The notes under the pieces: model-generated
Databases searched by the model: none
The model's input: the letters and a program-made list of their open reading frames with translations, nothing else
What the model was told of the DNA's origin: nothing
Assembly (NCBI GenBank): GCA_965204345.1
Contig: OZ241981.1
Location: forward strand, 1,728,001-1,792,000
DNA from: Nitrosopumilus sp.
Lineage (GTDB): Archaea; Thermoproteota; Nitrososphaeria; Nitrososphaerales; Nitrosopumilaceae
Length of the DNA: 64,000 nucleotides
Direction of reading: 5' to 3'
Translations under genes and position numbers: made by a program
In this document: positions 57,223 to 64,000 of the stretch, piece by piece
Numbering within the stretch: position 1 is the stretch's first letter
How the letters are laid out: every line of letters begins with the position of its first letter

Positions 57223-58158
57223 TTGGTTTTGTTATTGGCATCATTGGAAAGACTAGTAATACAATTACGAAAAAAGAAACAGGAAGCGACAAATCTACGT
57301 AAAAAAGCTAAAAATAATGTCAAGGAATTTCGTTCTGCTGAAAGACGTTCCTCTTTAGGTTTACAATCCCTTGATAAAAAAATTCAATCCGAACGTGAGG
57401 AATTCTCTGATGTTTCAAAGGTTCTTACTATGAAAAATTCCCAACTTGAGAGTATTGGCCGCCTGATTGCCGTAGCCGAAGATCGGCTTGCTAAGGAAAA
57501 TGAAGTGATCGAGCAAACCAAGCAAGAAATTGAATTTGCTGAGAACCCTGCCGAAAAGCAAAATGCTGAGGCTAGATTACGCTCGTTAAATGATCGTGCA
57601 AATGAGCTAGTTGAAGAAATTAAAAGTCGAAATAAGACTGCCAAAAAGATTACCGGCGATGTTGCTGATTTTTCTGATGCCCAATCAAAAATTACATCAA
57701 AAATACAAAAACAAACCCAGTCAAAGCCTTCCTTGCGTGAAACAAAAGCTGTGAGTCGCAAGTCTGTCCAGAAATTCCTTAAAGAATTAGAAAAAAGAAC
57801 AAAATCTGAGGAAAATGCCCAAAAGGCATTGGATAAGGCACATTTAAAATTAAAAGAATTGTTGGCAAATCGAAGAAAAGCTGCTGCAAAGAAAAAGGCT
57901 GCACCCAAGACCAGACCTGCAAAGAAAAAGGCTGCACCCAAGACCAGACCTGCAAAGAAAAAGGCTGCACCCAAGACCAGACCTGCAAAGAAAAAGGCTG
58001 CACCCAAGACCAGACCTGCAAAGAAAAAGGCTGCACCCAAGACCAGACCTGCAAAGAAAAAGGCTGCACCCAAGACCAGACCTGCAAAGAAAAAGGCTGC
58101 ACCCAAGACCAGACCTGCAAAGAAAAAGGCTGCAGCTAAAAAAAAGTCTAGACGCTAA
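57223..58158 (+). CDS. Coiled-coil protein with Lys/Ala/Pro-rich (histone H1-like) repeat tail
   Basis: Heptad-rich body; (AKKKAAPKTRP)x7 tail. Confidence 0.85.
   Translation: MVLLLASLERLVIQLRKKKQEATNLRKKAKNNVKEFRSAERRSSLGLQSLDKKIQSEREEFSDVSKVLTMKNSQLESIGRLIAVAEDRLAKENEVIEQTKQEIEFAENPAEKQNAEARLRSLNDRANELVEEIKSRNKTAKKITGDVADFSDAQSKITSKIQKQTQSKPSLRETKAVSRKSVQKFLKELEKRTKSEENAQKALDKAHLKLKELLANRRKAAAKKKAAPKTRPAKKKAAPKTRPAKKKAAPKTRPAKKKAAPKTRPAKKKAAPKTRPAKKKAAPKTRPAKKKAAPKTRPAKKKAAAKKKSRR
57884..58134 (+). repeat. Perfect 33-bp tandem repeat, ~7.6 units, coding
   Basis: Unit CTGCAAAGAAAAAGGCTGCACCCAAGACCAGAC, no spacers. Confidence 0.97.
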
Positions 58159-58226
58159 CTATCACTAGTTTTTGTAGCGTTGTTTTCAACAACATAAAAG
58201 TGGGGGTTTTATCTTTAAATTTTAAA

Positions 58227-58832
58227 ATGAAAAAACGCGGAATATTCATTACTGCAGTTGGACTGACTTTGATTGGAATATCTCTTATAATTGCAGCATC
58301 TGTAGTTCCTTCTGACATAACCGGCCCTAATGACATTTCCATGTCTGCAATGTTTGAGGGGATGTTTGATGAGATAACTAATGAAATTCAAATCATGCCT
58401 GGCGAATTAGCTTATGTCACTTATGATGTTTTTTCTTATGATATTCCTTTGTTATGGGGAATTCAAATCATTGATTATGATTCTGAGGATTCTCTGTCGA
58501 TTGCAATTTCAAATATCTTTGATGATGATTATGGCAAATACGTAATGTCTGAACCCATTTTGTTTGAGGCATTAGACATTACACAATCCGACTCTTTGAA
58601 TTTTGAAATTGAAAATACCGGCCCCCGAATTGTAACTATTGTCATGATGTTTTCTGAAGATCCTGAAAGTTCTGATGCCCTGTCCAATCCTAATTCCCCC
58701 GTACTGAACCTGGTGATTCCTCTTCTTATCTCTGGATTTTTACTTGTTCTGGGAATAATAATATCTATTATTGGCATAATTCTGATTTTAATAGATATGA
58801 AAAATAATTTAGATAATAAAAGAAATTATTGA
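58227..58832 (+). CDS. Hypothetical membrane protein (N- and C-terminal TM)
   Basis: MKKRGIFITAVGLTLIG..., acidic middle domain, hydrophobic C-terminus. Confidence 0.8.
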   Translation: MKKRGIFITAVGLTLIGISLIIAASVVPSDITGPNDISMSAMFEGMFDEITNEIQIMPGELAYVTYDVFSYDIPLLWGIQIIDYDSEDSLSIAISNIFDDDYGKYVMSEPILFEALDITQSDSLNFEIENTGPRIVTIVMMFSEDPESSDALSNPNSPVLNLVIPLLISGFLLVLGIIISIIGIILILIDMKNNLDNKRNY

Positions 58833-59143
58833 GTAGGATTAATATCCATCTTACCAAATTTGCCTTTGGTTAAGGACACTTCACCCTTGAACTCATTGGT
58901 ATAACCATTTGTAATGACAACGGTATCTCCAACATTTACTTCTTTGATATCGTCTCCCCACAAAGTGAGTTTCATTTGGTCATCCTCAGTTTCACCGTTA
59001 GAAATTACTGCATCGCAGACATCTACTGTACCTCCACTTTTGAGATTTACAGTTCTTGAATCTCCTTTGCTTTTAACTTTGGCTTCAACGTTCACTCCAC
59101 TTCGCATTTTTTTTGCTTCGGAAATTGGTATGAATTCTGACAT
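58826..59143 (-). CDS. Single OB-fold ssDNA-binding protein (SSB/RPA-like)
   Basis: VNVEAKV..R.V..K.G....V.D......KLTLWG...V.VGD.V.I.NGY..EFKG. Confidence 0.88.
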   Translation of the reverse strand: MSEFIPISEAKKMRSGVNVEAKVKSKGDSRTVNLKSGGTVDVCDAVISNGETEDDQMKLTLWGDDIKEVNVGDTVVITNGYTNEFKGEVSLTKGKFGKMDINPTQ

Positions 59144-59262
59144 GTTTTTCAAACAATCTTGCACGATTATAAGCTTTTTCAAAAAACTAACACCGTGACG
59201 GATCAGGTTTTTAATCTGTCAAAATAGTAATTGAGAAATATCAGACAATACCCAATCTTATT

Positions 59263-59366
59263 GCAGAGGTATCGAAGCCCGGTCAACCGAGAGGGACTCA
59301 AGATCCTCAAAATAGGAAATCCCTTCTCTTAGGAGTTCGTGGGTTCGAATCCCACCCTCTGCACCA
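59263..59366 (+). tRNA. tRNA-Leu(CAA) with 16-nt intron (59303-59318) and encoded CCA
   Basis: GCAGAGG acceptor stem, AGGGA-CTCAAG-[intron]-A-TCCCT anticodon arm, long variable arm, GGTTCGAATCC T-loop. Confidence 0.93.
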
Positions 59367-59407
59367 AATTTTCAGTTAAAAATGATAAAATCAGGTATTT
59401 TTTAAAA

Positions 59408-59530
59408 TTATGCTACAATTGTCTTTACTTTAGTCACTGAATGTGAAGATATCTGCTTGTGCATTTCAGCTAACGCATCGTCCTTGAAAGATAGATTGCA
59501 TCTAAAACATTTCCATATCATCTCAGACAT
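59408..59530 (-). CDS. Small C2H2-type zinc-finger protein (40 aa)
   Basis: MSEMIWKCFRCNLSFKDDALAEMHKQISSHSVTKVKTIVA. Confidence 0.75.
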   Translation of the reverse strand: MSEMIWKCFRCNLSFKDDALAEMHKQISSHSVTKVKTIVA

Positions 59531-59717
59531 GCTTAGTTTGGGCACAAATTGTTTATAAAGATATTGCATCATTGATCCAATTTGTTACAATACATGATCA
59601 TTGTTTTGAGAAAGATGTAATTTTTATAATTTTTTAGACTAAATTAAAATTATTTTACGACTAAACCTAGATCCAAGGGTTTAGAAATAAAAAATCTTAT
59701 ATAATTTTTGAAAGACA

Positions 59718-60335
59718 TTGGATATTTTTGAAATTTTTGGAGAATTTTCATATTTTGGAATTTTTTTTGTGTTAATCGGAATAAATGCCGCTCCCATTCT
59801 TATGCCCCCCAGCTGGATTGTTCTGACCTCGTTTTATCTTCTGGATCCAAGTTTGGATGTGGTGGTTCTTGCTATGGTGGGGGCAACTGGTGCAACTATT
59901 GGCAGGTTTGCTCTCAAAAAAATAAGCGGTCTGTTTAGACGATTTGTAGCAGAAGAACAAAAATCCAATCTTGACACTATCGGAAACTATCTTAATAATA
60001 AAAAATATGGTTACGTAATCGCATCTTTTCTTTTTGGGGCCACTCCCCTTCCAAGCAATGTGCTGTTTATTACATATGGACTGATGCGGGCAAAGAGTCT
60101 TGGCATTTACATTGGATTTTGGTTTGGCAGAACCATTTCCTACATTGTTATGATTCATTTTGGAAATGCCGTCCTGACTCCCTTCTTGGATATCTTTGAG
60201 GACAGGCTTACTGGCATACTGTTAATTGACGGAGTCGGAGTCGGAATCATTGTTCTTTTTGCCTCTATTAACTGGACTGTTTTAATTACCCAAAGGAAAA
60301 TCAAGTTTGTCAAACCAAAAATATGGAGATTCTAA
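59718..60335 (+). CDS. Membrane protein, DedA/VTT-like
   Basis: GIFFVL..N..PILMPP, GATGATIGR, FLFGATPLPS, FWFGR. Confidence 0.75.
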   Translation: MDIFEIFGEFSYFGIFFVLIGINAAPILMPPSWIVLTSFYLLDPSLDVVVLAMVGATGATIGRFALKKISGLFRRFVAEEQKSNLDTIGNYLNNKKYGYVIASFLFGATPLPSNVLFITYGLMRAKSLGIYIGFWFGRTISYIVMIHFGNAVLTPFLDIFEDRLTGILLIDGVGVGIIVLFASINWTVLITQRKIKFVKPKIWRF

Positions 60336-60958
60336 TGAAAGTCACCGACTCTATTAAAAATGAAATTCAAGAAATCATGGATAATAATGACTCGGCACAT
60401 GATTTTGAGCATGTAATGAGGGTGTGCAAAAATGCCCAAAAATTATGCAAACAGGAAAAGGCAAATGAGAAGCTGGTTCTTAGTGCCGCATTATTGCACG
60501 ATATTGTCTCTTATCCAAAATCTGACAAGCGCTCAAAACTGTCTTCTATACAAAGTGCTAAAAAATCAAAACAAATTCTAAAAAAATATAATTTCTCTGA
60601 TGATGAAATAGTCATAGTCTCAGATGCAATTCGTGATCACAGTTTCTCTCAAAACGCGGTTCCCAAAACACTTGAAGGGAAGATTCTTCAAGATGCTGAT
60701 AGGTTAGATGCGTTAGGTGCCATAGGGATTGCAAGAGTTTTTGCTACTGCCGGCTCTCTGAAAAGATCTTTTTACAATACCGATGATCCCTTTTGCAAAG
60801 CAAGAAAGCCAGATGACAAAGTATGGACCGTGGATCATTTCTTTCAAAAATTACTCAGATTACAATATTTGATGAATACAAAATCTGCCAAATTAGAGGC
60901 AAAAAAGCGAACCAGAGTGCTCAAAGAGTTTCTAAAACAGCTAAACTGTGAACTTTAG
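60335..60958 (+). CDS. HD-domain phosphohydrolase
   Basis: AHDFEHV.RV, ALLHD, LQDADRLDALGAIGIARVF. Confidence 0.93.
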   Translation: MKVTDSIKNEIQEIMDNNDSAHDFEHVMRVCKNAQKLCKQEKANEKLVLSAALLHDIVSYPKSDKRSKLSSIQSAKKSKQILKKYNFSDDEIVIVSDAIRDHSFSQNAVPKTLEGKILQDADRLDALGAIGIARVFATAGSLKRSFYNTDDPFCKARKPDDKVWTVDHFFQKLLRLQYLMNTKSAKLEAKKRTRVLKEFLKQLNCEL

Positions 60959-61269
60959 CCATAGTCGACGTATCTGTCATAACGTGTTTCAATCTCCCTG
61001 TTTTCCCCTGTCCTTATTTTCTCATATTCCTCGTTTTTTCTAAACTTGATGTATTTGATAATTTCTGCAAATTCTGCCTCCTCTTCTGGATATGATTCAA
61101 AAACGGGCTCTACTAACTGCAGGTATTCGAGTGTTTTTTCTCGAAATTCCTCTCTGGTTGGTTTCTTGATTCCCTTCATTCTGAACCATACTGCCGTCCA
61201 GCTTGCACCTACTACATGTGGTAACAGGTCAAATGCTCTCTGAATCTCAAATCTTTCGTCGTTTCTCAT
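60955..61269 (-). CDS. Hypothetical protein
   Basis: 104 aa, ATGA overlap with the hemB stop. Confidence 0.75.
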   Translation of the reverse strand: MRNDERFEIQRAFDLLPHVVGASWTAVWFRMKGIKKPTREEFREKTLEYLQLVEPVFESYPEEEAEFAEIIKYIKFRKNEEYEKIRTGENREIETRYDRYVDYG

Positions 61270-62252
61270 GATTCCTGAAGTAATCTTGAAGCTGATTTTG
61301 CAAAATATGTCACTATCATATCTGCCCCTGCCCTTTTAATTGAATAAAGTATTTCTAGCGTTATGTCTTTTTCACTAACATATCCTAATTGGGATGCAGC
61401 CTTTACCAAAGCATATTCTCCTGAAACACTGTATGCCGAAACTGGAACACTGTATTTTTTCCTAGTCTCTGCAATTAAATCCAAGTATGCCAATGCAGGT
61501 TTTATCATTACAATGTCCACCCCTTCCTCAATATCTGCCTGAACTTCCATCATCGCCTCTCTTGGATTTGTGTATGGAACCTGGTATGTTTTTCTGTCTC
61601 CGAACTTTGGGGCGCATTCTGCAGCATTCCTAAATGGAGAGTAAAAATTGGAACTGTGTTTTGCCGAATGCGACATTATTGAAACATCTGCAAATCCTTT
61701 CTCGTCTAGTGCCTTTCTAATTGCTGCAACCTGTCCGTCCATCATGGCCGATGGTGACACTGTATCCACTCCTGCCTCTGCTTGGCTAACTGCAACTTTT
61801 GCAAGCGTCTCCAGGCTTGCATCATTGTCAATTTTATCCCCCCTGATAATTCCGCAATGCCCCGTAGATGTAAACTGACACAGGCATACATCTGCCATTA
61901 TTACTATTCTGTCTCCAAATTTTTCTCTTACCTGCGAGATTGCCTTTTGTACAATCCCATTATCATCAAATGCAGAACTCCCTGCCTCGTCTTTTTGGGC
62001 AGGTATGCCAAAGAGCATGATTGCAGGAATTCCCAGCTCTATGATTTTTTCTACTTCGTCATTTACGTCTTTTAATGGAAGCCTCTCAATCTCAGACATT
62101 GATTCTATTTTGACTCTTTCCTTCAAATCCTCTTGAACAAATACTGGACAAATGAAATCCTTTGGAGAAAGGGTTGTCTGTTGGACTAGTCCTCTCATCT
62201 TATCTGATATGCGCAATCTGCGCAAGCGTCTAGCTGGAAACGACATGATCAA
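61266..62252 (-). CDS. hemB: Porphobilinogen synthase
   Basis: DVCLCQFT.TGHCG, PSAMMDG, FYSPFR, DRKTYQ, MIKPAL.YLD, VSGEY. Confidence 0.97.
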   Translation of the reverse strand: MIMSFPARRLRRLRISDKMRGLVQQTTLSPKDFICPVFVQEDLKERVKIESMSEIERLPLKDVNDEVEKIIELGIPAIMLFGIPAQKDEAGSSAFDDNGIVQKAISQVREKFGDRIVIMADVCLCQFTSTGHCGIIRGDKIDNDASLETLAKVAVSQAEAGVDTVSPSAMMDGQVAAIRKALDEKGFADVSIMSHSAKHSSNFYSPFRNAAECAPKFGDRKTYQVPYTNPREAMMEVQADIEEGVDIVMIKPALAYLDLIAETRKKYSVPVSAYSVSGEYALVKAASQLGYVSEKDITLEILYSIKRAGADMIVTYFAKSASRLLQES

Positions 62253-62277
62253 AATTCTCTGTATCTAAAATATAATT

Positions 62278-63549
62278 CTAATCTACTTGTTCGTGTTTTT
62301 TGTAGTCAAATAATTTGCTTGCTAATTCCACCACGTCTGGCTTTCCCTGCTCTGATGCCTTTCTAATATTGTTCATAGGCGTTGATACAATGCTTTCAAC
62401 GACTGCCTTTGTCAGTTCCTCAATAATCCTGATCTTCTTTTCGTCTTTTTCATCTAGCATTTGAAGTGCTTTTTGCAGCTCTTTTTCCCTGAGATTCTCT
62501 ATGTTTTTGAACACATCTTTTACAAGCGGTTCTGCATCTAGTCTTTTCATTGAGGCCTCCAATACAGAAACTTCCTCACTAATTATATTTTCAACGGTTT
62601 TTACCTTGTTTAATCGTGCATTCATGTTTTTTTCTACCATTTCAGCAATCTGATCTAAATTCATTAGTTTGACACCGCCAATTGTTGCAACTCTTTCGTC
62701 TACTGTTCTGGGATTTGACAAATCCAAAATCATCATTCCCTTACTCTTACTTTTCATGGCTTTTGTAATTTTCTCATTTGTAACTAGAAAGTATGGCGCA
62801 GTTGTTGCCACAAAAATCACATCATAGTTATCAAATCCCGAAAGCACCGTCTCAAATTTAATTGGATTCCCTCCCATTGTCTCACAAAATGTCTCTGATC
62901 TTCCAATGGTTCTGCTTGTAACATCAAACATGTATCCTCTTCTTTGAAGTGATTTTGCAACCAGTGTTGATACCTCCCCTGTTCCAATAAGCAATACCCT
63001 CTTTGTTTTTAATTCATCAATGTTTTCCTCTGCCACCTTTACTGCCATAGATCCTATTGAAATTCCTCCTGCCCCAATTCCACTTGAGTTTCTAATTCTG
63101 GTTCCGATTCTGATTGCCTTGTCAAACAGCGTGTTTAGATGCTGCCCTGATGCCTTTACCTCTCTTGCAGACGTGATGGAATTTTTTATTTGACCTAAAA
63201 TTTGCTCCTCACCTAGTACCATGGAATCCAATCCCGATGTCAGTTTCAACAAATGATGGAGTGCCTTTTGATTCTCTACGAATTCCATGTTTTCATCAAA
63301 TGCCTCTTCCTCAAGATCTGCAATTGCTGCCCACGTTTTTTTAATTTTTTCTGAATCATATGCCTTGGATTTTCCAAATAGTTCTATTCTGTTACACGTT
63401 TGAATGATTACACATTCGTCTAATCCAGAATTATTTTTGAACTGCTCATATGCGTTTTTCATATCTTTTATTGTAAATTGCTCAAGAATATGTATTGGTG
63501 AATTACGAAAAGTGACACGTGCATTGATGATGTTCTGATTCATTTCCAA
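62278..63549 (-). CDS. hemA: Glutamyl-tRNA reductase
   Basis: QTCNRIE, SGLDSMVLGEEQILGQIK, IGTGE, DLSNPR. Confidence 0.97.
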   Translation of the reverse strand: MEMNQNIINARVTFRNSPIHILEQFTIKDMKNAYEQFKNNSGLDECVIIQTCNRIELFGKSKAYDSEKIKKTWAAIADLEEEAFDENMEFVENQKALHHLLKLTSGLDSMVLGEEQILGQIKNSITSAREVKASGQHLNTLFDKAIRIGTRIRNSSGIGAGGISIGSMAVKVAEENIDELKTKRVLLIGTGEVSTLVAKSLQRRGYMFDVTSRTIGRSETFCETMGGNPIKFETVLSGFDNYDVIFVATTAPYFLVTNEKITKAMKSKSKGMMILDLSNPRTVDERVATIGGVKLMNLDQIAEMVEKNMNARLNKVKTVENIISEEVSVLEASMKRLDAEPLVKDVFKNIENLREKELQKALQMLDEKDEKKIRIIEELTKAVVESIVSTPMNNIRKASEQGKPDVVELASKLFDYKKHEQVD

Positions 63550-64000
63550 TTCCTCAATATTGTGATGGCCCGCCTTTGAGCTTTTTTCATCTGACCGTCT
63601 TTTATTAACTGATCAATCTCATTATCATTGATAATGCTGCGAAGACATTGTTTTCTTTGCTCCTGGGTAAATATTGCCTCTTTGGCCATTTTTCGTACTG
63701 TATTTTGAATTTTAATTTGAACAATGTCCTCTTTTGTAACGATCTTTCTGAGTGCCTTTTCTGATCTTTCCTTGATTTTCTTTGACATTGCAGGGCTTTT
63801 TCCTCCTGTAAAAACTGCTATTTTTATCGTATTCTCAAAATCTATTATTGCCGGATTTGAAAAATCACTCTCGTCTGGACTGTCTGAACTATAGACGATG
63901 ATCTTTTTCTTTTTTGCATAATTTATGATTTTTTGATTTATTTTTTGATCATTTGTTGTTGTGATTATGAGGTCCGGTTTTAGCTTTGTAATGAATTGCG
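63540..64000 (-). CDS. Precorrin-2 dehydrogenase / sirohydrochlorin ferrochelatase (SirC/CysG-N-like), 5'-partial
   Basis: Frame open to the window edge: DLIITTTND..IN....A......YSSD.P..SDFSNPA....IAVFTGGKSPAMS; directly upstream of hemA. Confidence 0.88.
   Translation of the reverse strand, partial: QFITKLKPDLIITTTNDQKINQKIINYAKKKKIIVYSSDSPDESDFSNPAIIDFENTIKIAVFTGGKSPAMSKKIKERSEKALRKIVTKEDIVQIKIQNTVRKMAKEAIFTQEQRKQCLRSIINDNEIDQLIKDGQMKKAQRRAITILRNWK

Noticed and set aside
57884-58134. CRISPR array
   Set aside because: The 33-bp units are contiguous with no spacers and lie in frame within a CDS.
59303-59318. tRNA-Leu intron as unusual
   Set aside because: A short intron at or next to the canonical 37/38 position is ordinary for archaeal tRNAs.

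Overview
Window from a Nitrosopumilus-like ammonia-oxidising archaeon. Core genes include tfb-tbp, ppa, hemL-hemC-cobA-hemD, sufB-sufD-Rieske-sufS-sufU, pgk, hemA-hemB-sirC, tRNA-Thr(TGT) and an intron-containing tRNA-Leu(CAA). The main non-core feature is a two-gene secreted-protease module present twice on the minus strand. It pairs a ~2,700-aa HEXXH metallopeptidase/Ig-repeat surface protein with a ~1,240-aa subtilisin (S8) multidomain protease. Copy 1 (<1-11054) is intact as far as visible. Copy 2 (~32851-46255) lies in an island between hemD and sufB and carries one in-frame stop in each gene (TGA one codon before HEFGH; TAG between the oxyanion Asn and the catalytic Ser), plus a frameshifted IS481 in the protease promoter region. 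The two copies are near-identical over kilobases but differ in sharply bounded, strongly diverged patches at catalytic loops and putative ligand-binding domains. All four genes share an upstream ~42-bp (up to ~150-bp) non-coding element. Copy 2 also has a 72-bp repeat-plus-spacer insertion overlapping that element. The island further holds an AT-rich three-gene operon, a HEPN-motif ORF and a decayed ABC-type ATPase. All calls are by motif recognition and manual alignment only; no database searches were run.
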